A stretch of 64,000 nt of DNA from an uncultured Methanosarcinaceae archaeon (GCA_963721455.1 CAVRJG010000033.1:64001-128000); one strand, 5' to 3'. Shown: positions 20,796 through 31,555, numbered from the stretch's first letter. Notes: generated by a model from the letters alone, not told the origin. Translations and numbers: made by a program.

Positions 20796-21776
20796 ATGGA
20801 AGAGAGTAATGAGAAATTTAAACCGCAAAGAAAAATTCTGATAGCTACTGACGGCTCAAAAGCTGCTGAAAAAGCAGCGGATTTCGGAATAGAAACTTTG
20901 AGATTTAGTGGGGCAAAGGTCTATGCTGCGTATGTCATCGATACAACTTCTTATGGCTCAGTTCCGAAGGACGAGAGATTGTCAAAAAAGGTCGAACAGT
21001 TTGAGAAAATCGGGCATGAAGCGACTTCTTATGTTGAGGAAAAAGCAAAAGCTGCAGGAATGGAAGCTGAATCCATAGTGCTCAAAGGAAATCCGGCTGA
21101 AGAAATTGTGAATTTTGCAGAAGACCCGAACGTTTACATGATTATAGTAGGGTCGCTGGGAAAAAGCGGAATTAAGCGTGTCATGCTTGGAAGCGTATCC
21201 GAAAAAGTTGTAAGGCATGCAAAAGTCCCGGTCCTGGTTGTCAGGGGACTAAAAGAAGAAAAACCACACCGACAAATTCTGATAGCTACTGACGGCTCAA
21301 AGGCTGCTGAAAACGCAGCGGATTTCGGGATAGAAATTGCGGGGTGGAGTGGGGCAAAGGTCTCTGCCGCATATGTTATCGATATACCTTCTTTAGACTC
21401 AATTCTGATGGATGAACCGTGGACAAAAGATATGTACAATCAGCTTGAGAAAACTGGTCGTGAAGCAACATCTTATGTGGAGGAAAATGCAAAATCTGCC
21501 GGAATAGAAGCTGAATCCATACTGCTTAAAGGAAATGCGGCTAAAGAAATTCTGAATTTTGCAGAGAAGCAGAAAGTTGACATAATTGTCGTAGGCTCGC
21601 TTGGAAAAAGCGGTGTTCAAGGTTTCTTGCTCGGAAACGTATCCGAAAAAGTATTAAGGAATTCAAAAGTCCCTGTACTTGTCGTACGCGAAATGTATAA
21701 ATTTACCAAGTTCGTCAGTCGTAGTCAAAGGAGTGAAAAAGTTCCGGCCAGTGTCGTACCCGGAGAGGGAGAGTGA
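20796..21776 (+). CDS. Tandem two-domain universal stress protein
   Basis: Two ILIATDGS...G(S/N)VSEKV...PVLVVR repeats. Confidence 0.95.
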   Translation: MEESNEKFKPQRKILIATDGSKAAEKAADFGIETLRFSGAKVYAAYVIDTTSYGSVPKDERLSKKVEQFEKIGHEATSYVEEKAKAAGMEAESIVLKGNPAEEIVNFAEDPNVYMIIVGSLGKSGIKRVMLGSVSEKVVRHAKVPVLVVRGLKEEKPHRQILIATDGSKAAENAADFGIEIAGWSGAKVSAAYVIDIPSLDSILMDEPWTKDMYNQLEKTGREATSYVEENAKSAGIEAESILLKGNAAKEILNFAEKQKVDIIVVGSLGKSGVQGFLLGNVSEKVLRNSKVPVLVVREMYKFTKFVSRSQRSEKVPASVVPGEGE

Positions 21777-21822
21777 AAAACCGGGATTTGAAAGCAAGAT
21801 AACTGCATCAGGAGGATACTTT

Positions 21823-22260
21823 ATGAAACGAAGACCTTACAGGAAAATCCTTCTCGCAACCGATGGCTCGGAAAACGCAAAAAGCGCAGCCTGTTCAGGG
21901 CTTGAAATTGCGAAAAAGACTGGAGCTGAGATCTATGCCGTCTACGTTGCCGGCATTTCCTGCTGTTCTCCTATTATGCCCGAAAGTTACGACTGGGAAC
22001 TCGGAAAAGAGGGGAGTGAAGCAGTTGCGGAAATTGAGGAAATGGGAAAGGAGGCGGATGTTCCTGTAAACGCTGTCCTGCTACAGGGGCATCCTGCTCA
22101 GGAAATTCTGAATTTTGCAGAAAAGAATGATATCGATATGATTGTTATGGGGACGCAGGGAAAAGCAGGTGTTGACAGGTTCCTGCTCGGAGGAGTCACG
22201 GAAAAGGTAGTAAGGCATGCAAAAGCCGAGGTCCTTGTTGTGCGTGCACCCTGCCCCTGA
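21823..22260 (+). CDS. Universal stress protein with CC motif
   Basis: GGAGGA RBS before the ATG at 21823; ILLATDGS, ISCCSP and GGVTEKV. Confidence 0.93.
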   Translation: MKRRPYRKILLATDGSENAKSAACSGLEIAKKTGAEIYAVYVAGISCCSPIMPESYDWELGKEGSEAVAEIEEMGKEADVPVNAVLLQGHPAQEILNFAEKNDIDMIVMGTQGKAGVDRFLLGGVTEKVVRHAKAEVLVVRAPCP

Positions 22261-22293
22261 AAAAAGGATTGTAGAATACAATCGTCAGATTAG

Positions 22294-22453
22294 ATACAAC
22301 TTTCGGGCGTTGCTCACTGGTTTAGAGTCCAGGTTGAAGAAGAGAATATCCATGCGATGAAACTCTTTGATCACATAAACGATCAGGGTGGAAAACAAAA
22401 ATACCCTGACAGAAATTGATGCAGAACTGGCAAAGAGGCTTCCTCCGAGATAA
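22294..22453 (+). pseudogene. Ferritin remnant (5'-truncated, frameshifted, internally deleted)
   Basis: LSGVAHWFRVQVEEENIHAMKLFDHINDQGGK resembles ferritin helix B with EExxH; after a shift the frame reads TLTEIDAELAKRLPPR*. Confidence 0.7.
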
Positions 22454-22556
22454 CCTGCCCGGGAAAAGGGGAGAAAAAATAAAGCGTCAACTTCCGAAAA
22501 AACAATTACCGAAGACAGCAAACCCTGAGGTCGGGTGTTCGGTCAGGTTTTAATAT

Positions 22557-23300
22557 ATGGAATCTGAAAAGCACAGTGAAATGTTAAGCAACCTGGAACT
22601 CGATATCGTGAAAAAAGGTTTTGAATGGCTCTCTGCCCGGCAAATTCAGTCCGTAAAGGAACTTTCGAGTACATTATCGGCACATGCCCTCTGGAGACTT
22701 CCGAATCCATACATAACTCGCCTGATTCTTAAACAGGAAAACGACGGTTCCTGGAATTTTTCAATCCGGGATACTGCCAGGGCCTGCTCAGCCCTTTCAA
22801 CTGAAGGAATTGTATTTATGGCGTCAGGGAAATGGCTGCTTACCAGAAAAAGCGGAAATTCCTGGAACGATGACGTTTACGATACAGCCTATGCCCTGGG
22901 AGCTCTTGCGGATATGGGAACTCAGGACAGAAGCGGATGCCAGTGGTTATATGAACATTATTGTCCTGCCTGGGAGCAGGTTGGCACTACGTCTCTGATC
23001 ATTATGGCGCTTAAAAAACAGGAAAATCTGGCAAAAAGCAAAGATTTCGAGGCCTTTATCCGGGAAAAAGCCGAATGGATCCTTTCAAAAAGAGGGCAGG
23101 ATGGAGGCTGGGGATATATTTCTACAGGCAACCTGGCAATCCAGGCCCTGCTTCTTGCAGGCTTTAAAGAAGAAATTGAAGATTCAGTCCACTGGCTCCT
23201 TGAAAATGTCCGCAAAAGCGGAGCCTGGGGAAATAAAGAAGATGATATAAATGCTACTGCGCTGGCTCTGAGTACTCTGGGGCTTTATAAAGAAACCTGA
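22557..23300 (+). CDS. Prenyltransferase/squalene-oxidase repeat protein
   Basis: QW-like repeats QENDGSW, GNSW, QDGGWG and SGAWG...TALALSTL. Confidence 0.8.
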   Translation: MESEKHSEMLSNLELDIVKKGFEWLSARQIQSVKELSSTLSAHALWRLPNPYITRLILKQENDGSWNFSIRDTARACSALSTEGIVFMASGKWLLTRKSGNSWNDDVYDTAYALGALADMGTQDRSGCQWLYEHYCPAWEQVGTTSLIIMALKKQENLAKSKDFEAFIREKAEWILSKRGQDGGWGYISTGNLAIQALLLAGFKEEIEDSVHWLLENVRKSGAWGNKEDDINATALALSTLGLYKET

Positions 23301-23436
23301 ACAGGGAAAAAAATACTTCTTCGATCCATTCCCCTCTTTTTTTCGTACTCTTATTTCGTTTATTTCTTTTATTTTTTGAAACAGCTAGTTTGAACGATCT
23401 TCCAAAAAATATAAATAAAAATTCGATTTTTTTCAG

Positions 23437-23496
23437 AATTTTACCAATAAACATATATACTAAAGAAATTTCACCAATAAACATATATATTAAACA
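23437..23496 (+). promoter_or_regulatory. 30-bp direct repeat containing TATA-like boxes upstream of pylT
   Basis: AATTTTACCAATAAACATATATACTAAAGA followed by AATTTCACCAATAAACATATATATTAAACA. Confidence 0.5.
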
Positions 23497-23570
23497 ATAT
23501 TATTTTATATCACAAATTAAGATCACTATACAGGAAACAAAACACTTTGTTCAATCTGTTTTGCCTAGGA

Positions 23571-23642
23571 GGAAACCTGATCATGTAGATCGAATGGACT
23601 CTAAATCCGTTCAGCCGGGTTAGATTCCCGGGGTTTCCGCCA
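23571..23642 (+). tRNA. pylT: tRNA-Pyl (anticodon CUA)
   Basis: GGAAACCTGATCATGTAGATCGAATGGACTCTAAATCCGTTCAGCCGGGTTAGATTCCCGGGGTTTCCGCCA: 72 nt, CTA anticodon, short D-loop, long anticodon stem, encoded CCA. Confidence 0.98.
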
Positions 23643-23870
23643 TATTTCTGAATCCCGGAATGGCGCATACATAACATTCCACTGAAATTTTTATAGAATC
23701 TGGAGGGTTTTTCCAGAACCTATAAATTGTTTCTGTTGTTTGGAATCATTTTTATTTTCCGGGTAACTGTCAGTAAACTGCTGACTCCGTGCTTATATTC
23801 AGTAAGCCGGGATTCTGAAATACTATTTCTTGGAAATCATCCGGGCTTTTAATTCACCAGGGGTGACACT

Positions 23871-25144
<1,274 letters not shown>

Positions 25145-25204
25145 GCTGGAAAATCCGTTTAGAATAATGTGGAGTAATGCAAAACGTATTAAAGATATTA
25201 TATC

Positions 25205-25327
25205 GGCAAAAACAGAATGGCAAAAACAGAATGGCAAAAACAGAATGGCAAAAACAGAATGGCAAAAACAGAATGGCAAAAACAGAATGGCAAAAACAGA
25301 ACGGCAAAAACAGAACGGCAAAACAGA
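25205..25327. repeat. 14-bp tandem repeat (GGCAAAAACAGAAT) x8 plus a partial copy
   Basis: Units at 25205, 25219, ... 25303, the last two ending in C; located in the pylS-pylB spacer. Confidence 0.97.
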
Positions 25328-25408
25328 CAGAATAAAGGGATTAAAAATAGCAATCCTGCCCGAATGAGGCCGGAATAAATATCAGGAAATCTATGAGAGG
25401 GTGAAATT

Positions 25409-26461
25409 TTGATCCAAAAAATGGCACTTGACGAACTTGACAGGTTAGGGGAAAAAGTCATTGAAGGCTTTCAATTATCTGACGATGACCTGAGGGCTCT
25501 TCTCTCCCTTGAATCCGAAGAAGAGCTTGAAAAACTTTATTACGCAGCGCGAAGGGTAAGAAATTACTATTTTGGCAACAGGGTATTTCTTAACTGTTTC
25601 ATTTATTTCTCTACTTACTGTAAAAATCAGTGCGCTTTTTGTTACTATAACTGTAGAAATGAGATTAACCGTTACCGCCTGACCAGAGAAGAGATAAAAG
25701 AAACCTGTAAAGCCTTAAAAGGAGCAGGTTTTCATATGATTGACCTGACCATGGGAGAAGACCCCTATTACTATGAAGACCCGGACCGCTTCGTTGAGCT
25801 TGTCCAGATGGTAAAAGAGGAACTTGGGCTTCCGATAATGATTTCCCCAGGCGTGATGGATAACGCAACTCTTCTCAAAGCCAGGAAAAAAGGAGCAAAC
25901 TTCTTCGCCCTTTACCAGGAAACGTATGACATCGAACTCTACCGGAAACTCAGGGTTGGACAGTCTTTCAATGGACGTGTCAATGCACGCCTTTTTGCTA
26001 AGGAGCAAGGATATTGTGTAGAAGACGGAATTCTCACCGGAGTCGGAAACGACATTGAATCTACCATTCTGTCCTTAAGAGGAATGAAAACAAACGACCC
26101 TGAGATGGTCAGAGTCATGACCTTCCTGCCCCAGGAAGGAACCCCGCTTGAAGGTTTCAGGGGAAAGTCAAATCTCTCGGAACTGAAAATCATATCTGTT
26201 CTCAGGTTAATGTTCCCGAAATGCCTGATCCCTGCCTCCCTTGACCTTGAGGGTATTGACGGCATGGTTTACCGCTTAAATGTCGGGGCAAATATTGTTA
26301 CATCTATTCTTCCCCCCGATTCCCGATTGGAAGGCGTTGCAAATTACGACCGTGATCTTAAAGAACGGGACAGGGACATAAAAAGCGTAATAAAAAGGCT
26401 TGAAAGCATTGGGATGGAGCCTGCACAGCAATCTGAGTTTGAGGCAGTCCTGGGGTGCTAG
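25409..26461 (+). CDS. pylB: 3-methylornithine synthase (radical SAM)
   Basis: CKNQCAFC motif; MIQKMALDE start; TTG after a GAGGGGTGA RBS; ends in TAG. Confidence 0.96.
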   Translation: MIQKMALDELDRLGEKVIEGFQLSDDDLRALLSLESEEELEKLYYAARRVRNYYFGNRVFLNCFIYFSTYCKNQCAFCYYNCRNEINRYRLTREEIKETCKALKGAGFHMIDLTMGEDPYYYEDPDRFVELVQMVKEELGLPIMISPGVMDNATLLKARKKGANFFALYQETYDIELYRKLRVGQSFNGRVNARLFAKEQGYCVEDGILTGVGNDIESTILSLRGMKTNDPEMVRVMTFLPQEGTPLEGFRGKSNLSELKIISVLRLMFPKCLIPASLDLEGIDGMVYRLNVGANIVTSILPPDSRLEGVANYDRDLKERDRDIKSVIKRLESIGMEPAQQSEFEAVLGC

Positions 26462-26462
26462 A

Positions 26463-27554
26463 TTGAAAACGATCTGTCTTGTAGGCGGGAAGCTCCAGGG
26501 CTTCGAAGCTGCGTATCTTTCTAAAAAAGCCGGAATGAAAGTGGTTCTGGTAGACAAAGATCCGCAGGCCCTTACCCGAAATTACGCGGATGAATTTCAC
26601 TGCTTTGACGTAATAAAAGAACCTGAAAAGCTCCTTGAGCTCTCAAAAAGTATTGATGCCTTACTCCCTGTAAATGAGAACCTTGAATGTATTGAGTTTC
26701 TGAGTTGTATAAAAGACAAATTCTCCTGCCCGGTACTTTTCGATTTTGAAGCTTACGGGATCAGCAGGGACAAGAAAAAATCAAAAGATTATTTTGCATC
26801 CATAGGAGTCCCGACCCCGCAGGACAACCCCCTGGAGCCGCCTTATTTTGTGAAACCCCCCTGCGAAAGCAGCAGTGTAGGAGCCAGGATCATTTACGAT
26901 GAAGAAGAGCTCAGAGATCTTGAACCTGGCATGCTGATTGAGGAGTATGTAGAAGGGAAAGTAATCTCTTTAGAAGTCATAGGAGACGGAAGCCACTTTG
27001 CTGTAGTAAAAGAAACCCTGATCCATATAGACGAAACTTATGATTGCCATATGGTAACTCCTCTCCCTCCTGACCCTTCCTTCAGGCAGATATCCCATTC
27101 TCTTGCAGCAAATCTCTCCTTAAAAGGGATTATGGACGTAGAAGTGATTTCCGGCCCGAAAGGGCTCAAAGTAATCGAAATAGACGCTCGTTTCCCAAGC
27201 CAGACCCCAACAGTCGTTTATCACTCTTCAGGGATTAACCTGATAGAACTCCTTTTCTGCGCCTTCGCCGACGGGGTTGGGGAAATAAAAACCCTTCCCG
27301 AAAATAAATATTGCATTTACGAGCACCTCATGCTTGGAGAAAACGGGACCCTTGTTCCTGTGGGAGAGCAGGTACTTTCCATGGGAAACGATTACGGAAA
27401 GTACTATGAAGAACCCGGCATTGAAATTTTACTTTGCAAAGGAGAAAACCCGGTATTCACCCTGGTTTTCTGGGGCAAGAACAGGGAAGAAGCCGAGACG
27501 AGAAAATTAAAAGGGCTTTCGGTTCTGAAGGACCGTTTCGGAGCCTCTGTATAA
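26463..27554 (+). CDS. pylC: 3-methylornithine--L-lysine ligase (ATP-grasp)
   Basis: KTICLVGGKLQGFEAAYL, KPPCESSSVG and EIDARFPSQTP; TTG start after GGGGTG. Confidence 0.96.
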   Translation: MKTICLVGGKLQGFEAAYLSKKAGMKVVLVDKDPQALTRNYADEFHCFDVIKEPEKLLELSKSIDALLPVNENLECIEFLSCIKDKFSCPVLFDFEAYGISRDKKKSKDYFASIGVPTPQDNPLEPPYFVKPPCESSSVGARIIYDEEELRDLEPGMLIEEYVEGKVISLEVIGDGSHFAVVKETLIHIDETYDCHMVTPLPPDPSFRQISHSLAANLSLKGIMDVEVISGPKGLKVIEIDARFPSQTPTVVYHSSGINLIELLFCAFADGVGEIKTLPENKYCIYEHLMLGENGTLVPVGEQVLSMGNDYGKYYEEPGIEILLCKGENPVFTLVFWGKNREEAETRKLKGLSVLKDRFGASV

Positions 27555-27608
27555 AGGATAAGGATTTAGAGAATAAAGCTTTTCCAAAAACAGGAAATGG
27601 AGATAAAA

Positions 27609-28388
27609 ATGGCACTTTTAACCCCAGAAGACTTGAAAAACATTAATAGACAACTTCAGGAAGCTGATTCTGCCGTCCGGAGGGTAACAGGGCTTGACAT
27701 AAAAGGAGTCTGCAACGCCCTGTACGGCACTTCTCCCTGCTCTGAAAAAGTAGGTATTGTGCCTGTAACTTCAGGAAATGGAATTATAGGAAACTTCTCG
27801 GCTTCCCTGCATGCAATTACGCAGTATTTCGGGTTTGACAGTTTTGTTACGGATATGCCCGATGTTAGCGGCTATTACGAGGCTGTGCGGAATGGAGCAG
27901 AAATCATACTTATGGCAGATGACAACACCTTCCTTGCCCATAACCTCAAAAATGGAAAAATAGCTAACAACCAGCCCTGTACAGGAATAATCTATGCTGA
28001 AATCGTCTCCAGGCACCTGAAAGCCGAATCAAAGGACGTACTTGTTGTAGGGCTCGGGAAGGTAGGTTTTCCCGGAGCGGCACATTTTGTGAATAAAGGG
28101 TTCAAGGTTTACGGATACGATGCTGATAGGGCACTCCTCGAGAAAACGGCCTCCAATCTCGGAATTACCCCTTTCGACCCCTCTAACACCAGAAAGTTTT
28201 CCATGATTTTCGAGGCAACCCCATGTGCAAATACGATTCCGGAAGCTGTAATTTCGGAGAATTGCGTGATTTCCACACCCGGGATTCCCTGCGCAATTTC
28301 CGAGGAGCTTCGAATAAAATATAACGTGCAGCTTGTAATGGAACCCCTGGGGATAGGAACGGCATCAATGCTGTATTCTGTCCTCTAA
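27609..28388 (+). CDS. pylD: Pyrrolysine synthase (3-methylornithyl-N6-L-lysine dehydrogenase)
   Basis: MALLTPEDL start, Rossmann GLGKVG and EPLGIGTASML. Confidence 0.96.
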   Translation: MALLTPEDLKNINRQLQEADSAVRRVTGLDIKGVCNALYGTSPCSEKVGIVPVTSGNGIIGNFSASLHAITQYFGFDSFVTDMPDVSGYYEAVRNGAEIILMADDNTFLAHNLKNGKIANNQPCTGIIYAEIVSRHLKAESKDVLVVGLGKVGFPGAAHFVNKGFKVYGYDADRALLEKTASNLGITPFDPSNTRKFSMIFEATPCANTIPEAVISENCVISTPGIPCAISEELRIKYNVQLVMEPLGIGTASMLYSVL

Positions 28389-28399
28389 ACAGAGTTGCC

Positions 28400-28552
28400 G
28401 AGTTTCGCTCAGCAGATGGGCTTGCGTTGCGCTGCAATCGCAGCACGAGGCCCTTTCGCTGCGCTCAAGAGGGCTAATTTATAGATAGAGGATTTCATTT
28501 CGCTCGCTCAAGCGGACTAACTATGACGTAGAATCGTGCTTTGCTCTCAAGA
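28400..28552. repeat. REP-like interspersed repeat between convergent pylD and ramA
   Basis: TTTCGCTGCGCTCAAGAGGGCTAA (28454) and TTTCGCTCGCTCAAGCGGACTAA (28498), partial copies and a GC hairpin. Confidence 0.6.
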
Positions 28553-28616
28553 ACGCCGAATGAAGAAAAAGTGAAATAATAAGAAAAAGGGTGGGAATCT
28601 AGACTCCCACTATAAT

Positions 28617-30239
28617 TTATTTCGCTGTGATTTTTAGTTTTGTGATATCGATGGCATTTTCGGGGCATATGCTGACACAGCGACGGCAGCTTGTTCCAAG
28701 GCATTTCTGGCTGTCGTATTTTGCGATTCTTCTGCCGTCTATTTCGACAATTTCAAGAGCGTCTTCGGGGCATTCTTTTACGCATTTCTGGCAGTAGACG
28801 CACTTGTCTACAGGGACTTCGAGGATTATGCCTATTTCTTTGAGGATGGAAAGCCCACCGGGCCCTACTTGTTCTATGTCTTTACTGACTCGTTTTTCGA
28901 TGCTGGCATGTTCCAGTGTTTTCGGGAAGGGAGGCAGGCCGTAGAGTTCAAGCATCTGGTCGTACATTTCAAGGGGCATGCCCTGGGTCCAGTAGGAGAG
29001 TTCGCAGAGGTAGAAGTTATTAAACGTTTCACTGGTTGCCATCATGAGGTGGTCGGCAGTGATTCTTTTTGCAATTTTTATCACGTAATCCAGCCTGGAC
29101 CTGTCCAGCACGAGTTCCCGCGCAAGAGCGAGGGAGGTGTTTCCGAACTGGACGATTTTTTTTGCATAACCTGGCGCAGCTCCGAGCCTGCGGGCATCTT
29201 CAGCATCCACATAGGCTCCGGAAGCTCCTGACATATACGCATATTCCAGATCTTCGTACTTAATCCCGGATTCAATGATCAGAGTCATATGCGCAGCCCG
29301 GATTGCCCCGATAGCTTTTCCTGCTTCCTCCACATCCTTCTCAGTGATCTCAATTCCAGGGCCCAGAATCAGCTTTCCATTCGGAAGTTTAGGAGATTTT
29401 TCAATCAGCCCACTTCTAAGTGCCAGAGAAAAAGCTGAGATTACCCCTGTTCCGGTAATTCCTACTGCCCCGCATCCGTAGGCCTCTTTTATCTCACCTG
29501 TAACCGGATGGATCAGGTAAGCGTCCTGTTTTTCCATCTCCTTATCAAGAACCATAATTTTCCAGTATTGTCCTTCAGGTTTCACATCGCAGATCGCGCC
29601 CGGGCTTGCAAGCATTCCGCAACTTATTCCCTGCCCTTCAATAGCAGGTCCTGCTGCAGCGCTTGCCGTGATGATTCTATCCCCGACTTTCAGGGCCATT
29701 TCGGCATTTGTCCCGTAGTCTGTGACAAGCGAAGGTTCGGTCTGGATAAGAAAATCGGTTTCAAGCATCATTGCCAGGGCATCTGCCCCTATTTCGTGCT
29801 TGATTGCAGGCGGCACAATAACCTCACAGTTCGGCAGGTCTTCATCGCCAAAAATCTCTGAGGCAGGAAACACGCGGGCGTCTCTCTTTACATTCTGGAC
29901 CCCAAGCATTTTCTGCTTGTTTTCTCCGGCGTATGCGAGGTCTCTTATTTCGATATTCTGGAAGAGGGATAGCTGAATAGGGTTTCCACAGACTGCGAGC
30001 CTTTCTACAAGGGAAAGGTCAATATTGAATTTCAGGAACATCCTCCTGATGGTTTCGATAATTACCGCATGAGCCACATCCTCACCTGTTGTGATTGCAA
30101 ATTCCAGGTGGTCTATAACATTTCCTCCTGGCAGAGGATGACCCATGGTTATGACTGTTTTTAAGGTCTTATTCGTTTCAAGGTCAATAAGCTGGGTTCG
30201 AAAACCGCTGGTACCCAGATCAAGTGCTATTCCATACAT
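28617..30239 (-). CDS. ramA: Methylamine methyltransferase corrinoid protein reductive activase
   Basis: ASKHA motifs DLGTSG and DYGTNAE; C-terminal 2x[4Fe-4S] CVYCQKCVKECP and CLGTSCRRCVSICP. Confidence 0.93.
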   Translation of the reverse strand: MYGIALDLGTSGFRTQLIDLETNKTLKTVITMGHPLPGGNVIDHLEFAITTGEDVAHAVIIETIRRMFLKFNIDLSLVERLAVCGNPIQLSLFQNIEIRDLAYAGENKQKMLGVQNVKRDARVFPASEIFGDEDLPNCEVIVPPAIKHEIGADALAMMLETDFLIQTEPSLVTDYGTNAEMALKVGDRIITASAAAGPAIEGQGISCGMLASPGAICDVKPEGQYWKIMVLDKEMEKQDAYLIHPVTGEIKEAYGCGAVGITGTGVISAFSLALRSGLIEKSPKLPNGKLILGPGIEITEKDVEEAGKAIGAIRAAHMTLIIESGIKYEDLEYAYMSGASGAYVDAEDARRLGAAPGYAKKIVQFGNTSLALARELVLDRSRLDYVIKIAKRITADHLMMATSETFNNFYLCELSYWTQGMPLEMYDQMLELYGLPPFPKTLEHASIEKRVSKDIEQVGPGGLSILKEIGIILEVPVDKCVYCQKCVKECPEDALEIVEIDGRRIAKYDSQKCLGTSCRRCVSICPENAIDITKLKITAK

Positions 30240-30487
30240 TTTTTAGGTCCTCCGGAAGTGTACATCGTGTCGAGGCGTCCGGCATCATAGACTGCCCCGG
30301 AAAAAATGGGATATGACGATTGTAATTGTAATTTTGTAATTTCTAATTCGACAGCAAGAGGAAAAAGAATATAATAATTTTAGAACTTATTAATTATATA
30401 AACTATTACTAATGGCTGGCTATAAAATATTGATAGCTGGTTATCAAGTTACATCTGTTCTTCAAATTTGTTATTCGCCATAATACA

Positions 30488-31189
30488 TCATTTTTTACAA
30501 AGGTAACTTGCCATAAACCCATCATATTTAACAGATTCAATAGAAAATCCAGTACTTTTTAGAAGACCTTCCATAATCCAATCCAGCGTTGAAAATTCTT
30601 CTCTTATGTGGATTTCCGTTTCTTCAGCAATTTCGTCTCCTGCGGATTTCTTCAGGTCAGTTATAATTTCATTAAAATAGCTGTCATAATCCTGAATCAT
30701 CGAAGGGAACACAACATCACGCAAATAGAATTTTCCGCCTTCCTTCAACATCCCATAGATTCTTCTCAGAGCCATCATTTTCCAGTAGTCTGGAAGGTGG
30801 TGTAAAGCCAGCTGAGTGACAATAACATCAAACGGTTCATCATAGTTTTCATATGTTAAAAAGCCGGCACTATAAAATTGTATATTTGTTTTCTTCTGGC
30901 TTTCGGCCTTCATTTTTGCAAAATCTCTCATAGTTTTCGAAACATCGACAGCTACAACCTTTTTGCAGTGCCCTGAAAGCTTGAGTGCCAGTTCTCCTGT
31001 TCCGGTCCCGATTTCAAGGATCGAATCCGTATTCTTTATTCCGAGAAGCTCTCGAATACGGTTAGCCTCAATTTCAGTATCTCTCAACTTCTGCATACGT
31101 AAATCATAGGCATGTACTTCTTCGAGATCTGTATAATCTACCCCGATTTGTTTAAATTCATCATAATACCATCGTGGATACTGGCTCAT
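30488..31189 (-). CDS. Class I SAM-dependent methyltransferase
   Basis: ILEIGTGTG, VDVS, ALHHL and LKEGGKFYLRD. Confidence 0.9.
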   Translation of the reverse strand: MSQYPRWYYDEFKQIGVDYTDLEEVHAYDLRMQKLRDTEIEANRIRELLGIKNTDSILEIGTGTGELALKLSGHCKKVVAVDVSKTMRDFAKMKAESQKKTNIQFYSAGFLTYENYDEPFDVIVTQLALHHLPDYWKMMALRRIYGMLKEGGKFYLRDVVFPSMIQDYDSYFNEIITDLKKSAGDEIAEETEIHIREEFSTLDWIMEGLLKSTGFSIESVKYDGFMASYLCKK

Positions 31190-31336
31190 ATAGGTCCCTT
31201 TCTTTAATTATACCTGATTACCTGAGTTTATAGCGAATTACCTGAGCCCTTTTAGCATCTGAAACGAAAAAGTTGTTACTGAGAGCACAGAAAATATGAG
31301 ATCAATCCGGATTGGAGATTTGTCGAAGTTCTCTTA

Positions 31337-31537
31337 GAGCGTGTCTTAAAATTAAAATGAATCACATAAACGGGATAGAATTCATAATTTGAAATAAAGA
31401 ATTAGGTGGAGTCCATCAGAAATTTAGATAACATAAGGTCATATGTACCCGATTTTCAGAAAAATTTATGATCTTATTCTAAACTAAGCGTTTCCAATTA
31501 CCAATTGTAGAATTGATTTGAATTTTAAGACATGCCT
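31337..31537. mobile_element. MITE-like element, 201 bp, IS5/Harbinger-like ends
   Basis: Left end GAGCGTGTCTTAAAATTAAAAT versus right-end reverse complement AGGCATGTCTTAAAATTCAAAT; TTA on both flanks; no ORF in the track. Confidence 0.65.
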
Positions 31538-31555
31538 TTAGATACTTTGAGAATC

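Noticed and set aside
25205-25327. Possible CRISPR array, and the repetitive ORFs 24812..25321, 25089..25307, 25167..25367 and 25198..25461
   Set aside because: The units are contiguous 14-mers without spacers and no cas genes are present; the ORFs are translations of the repeat.
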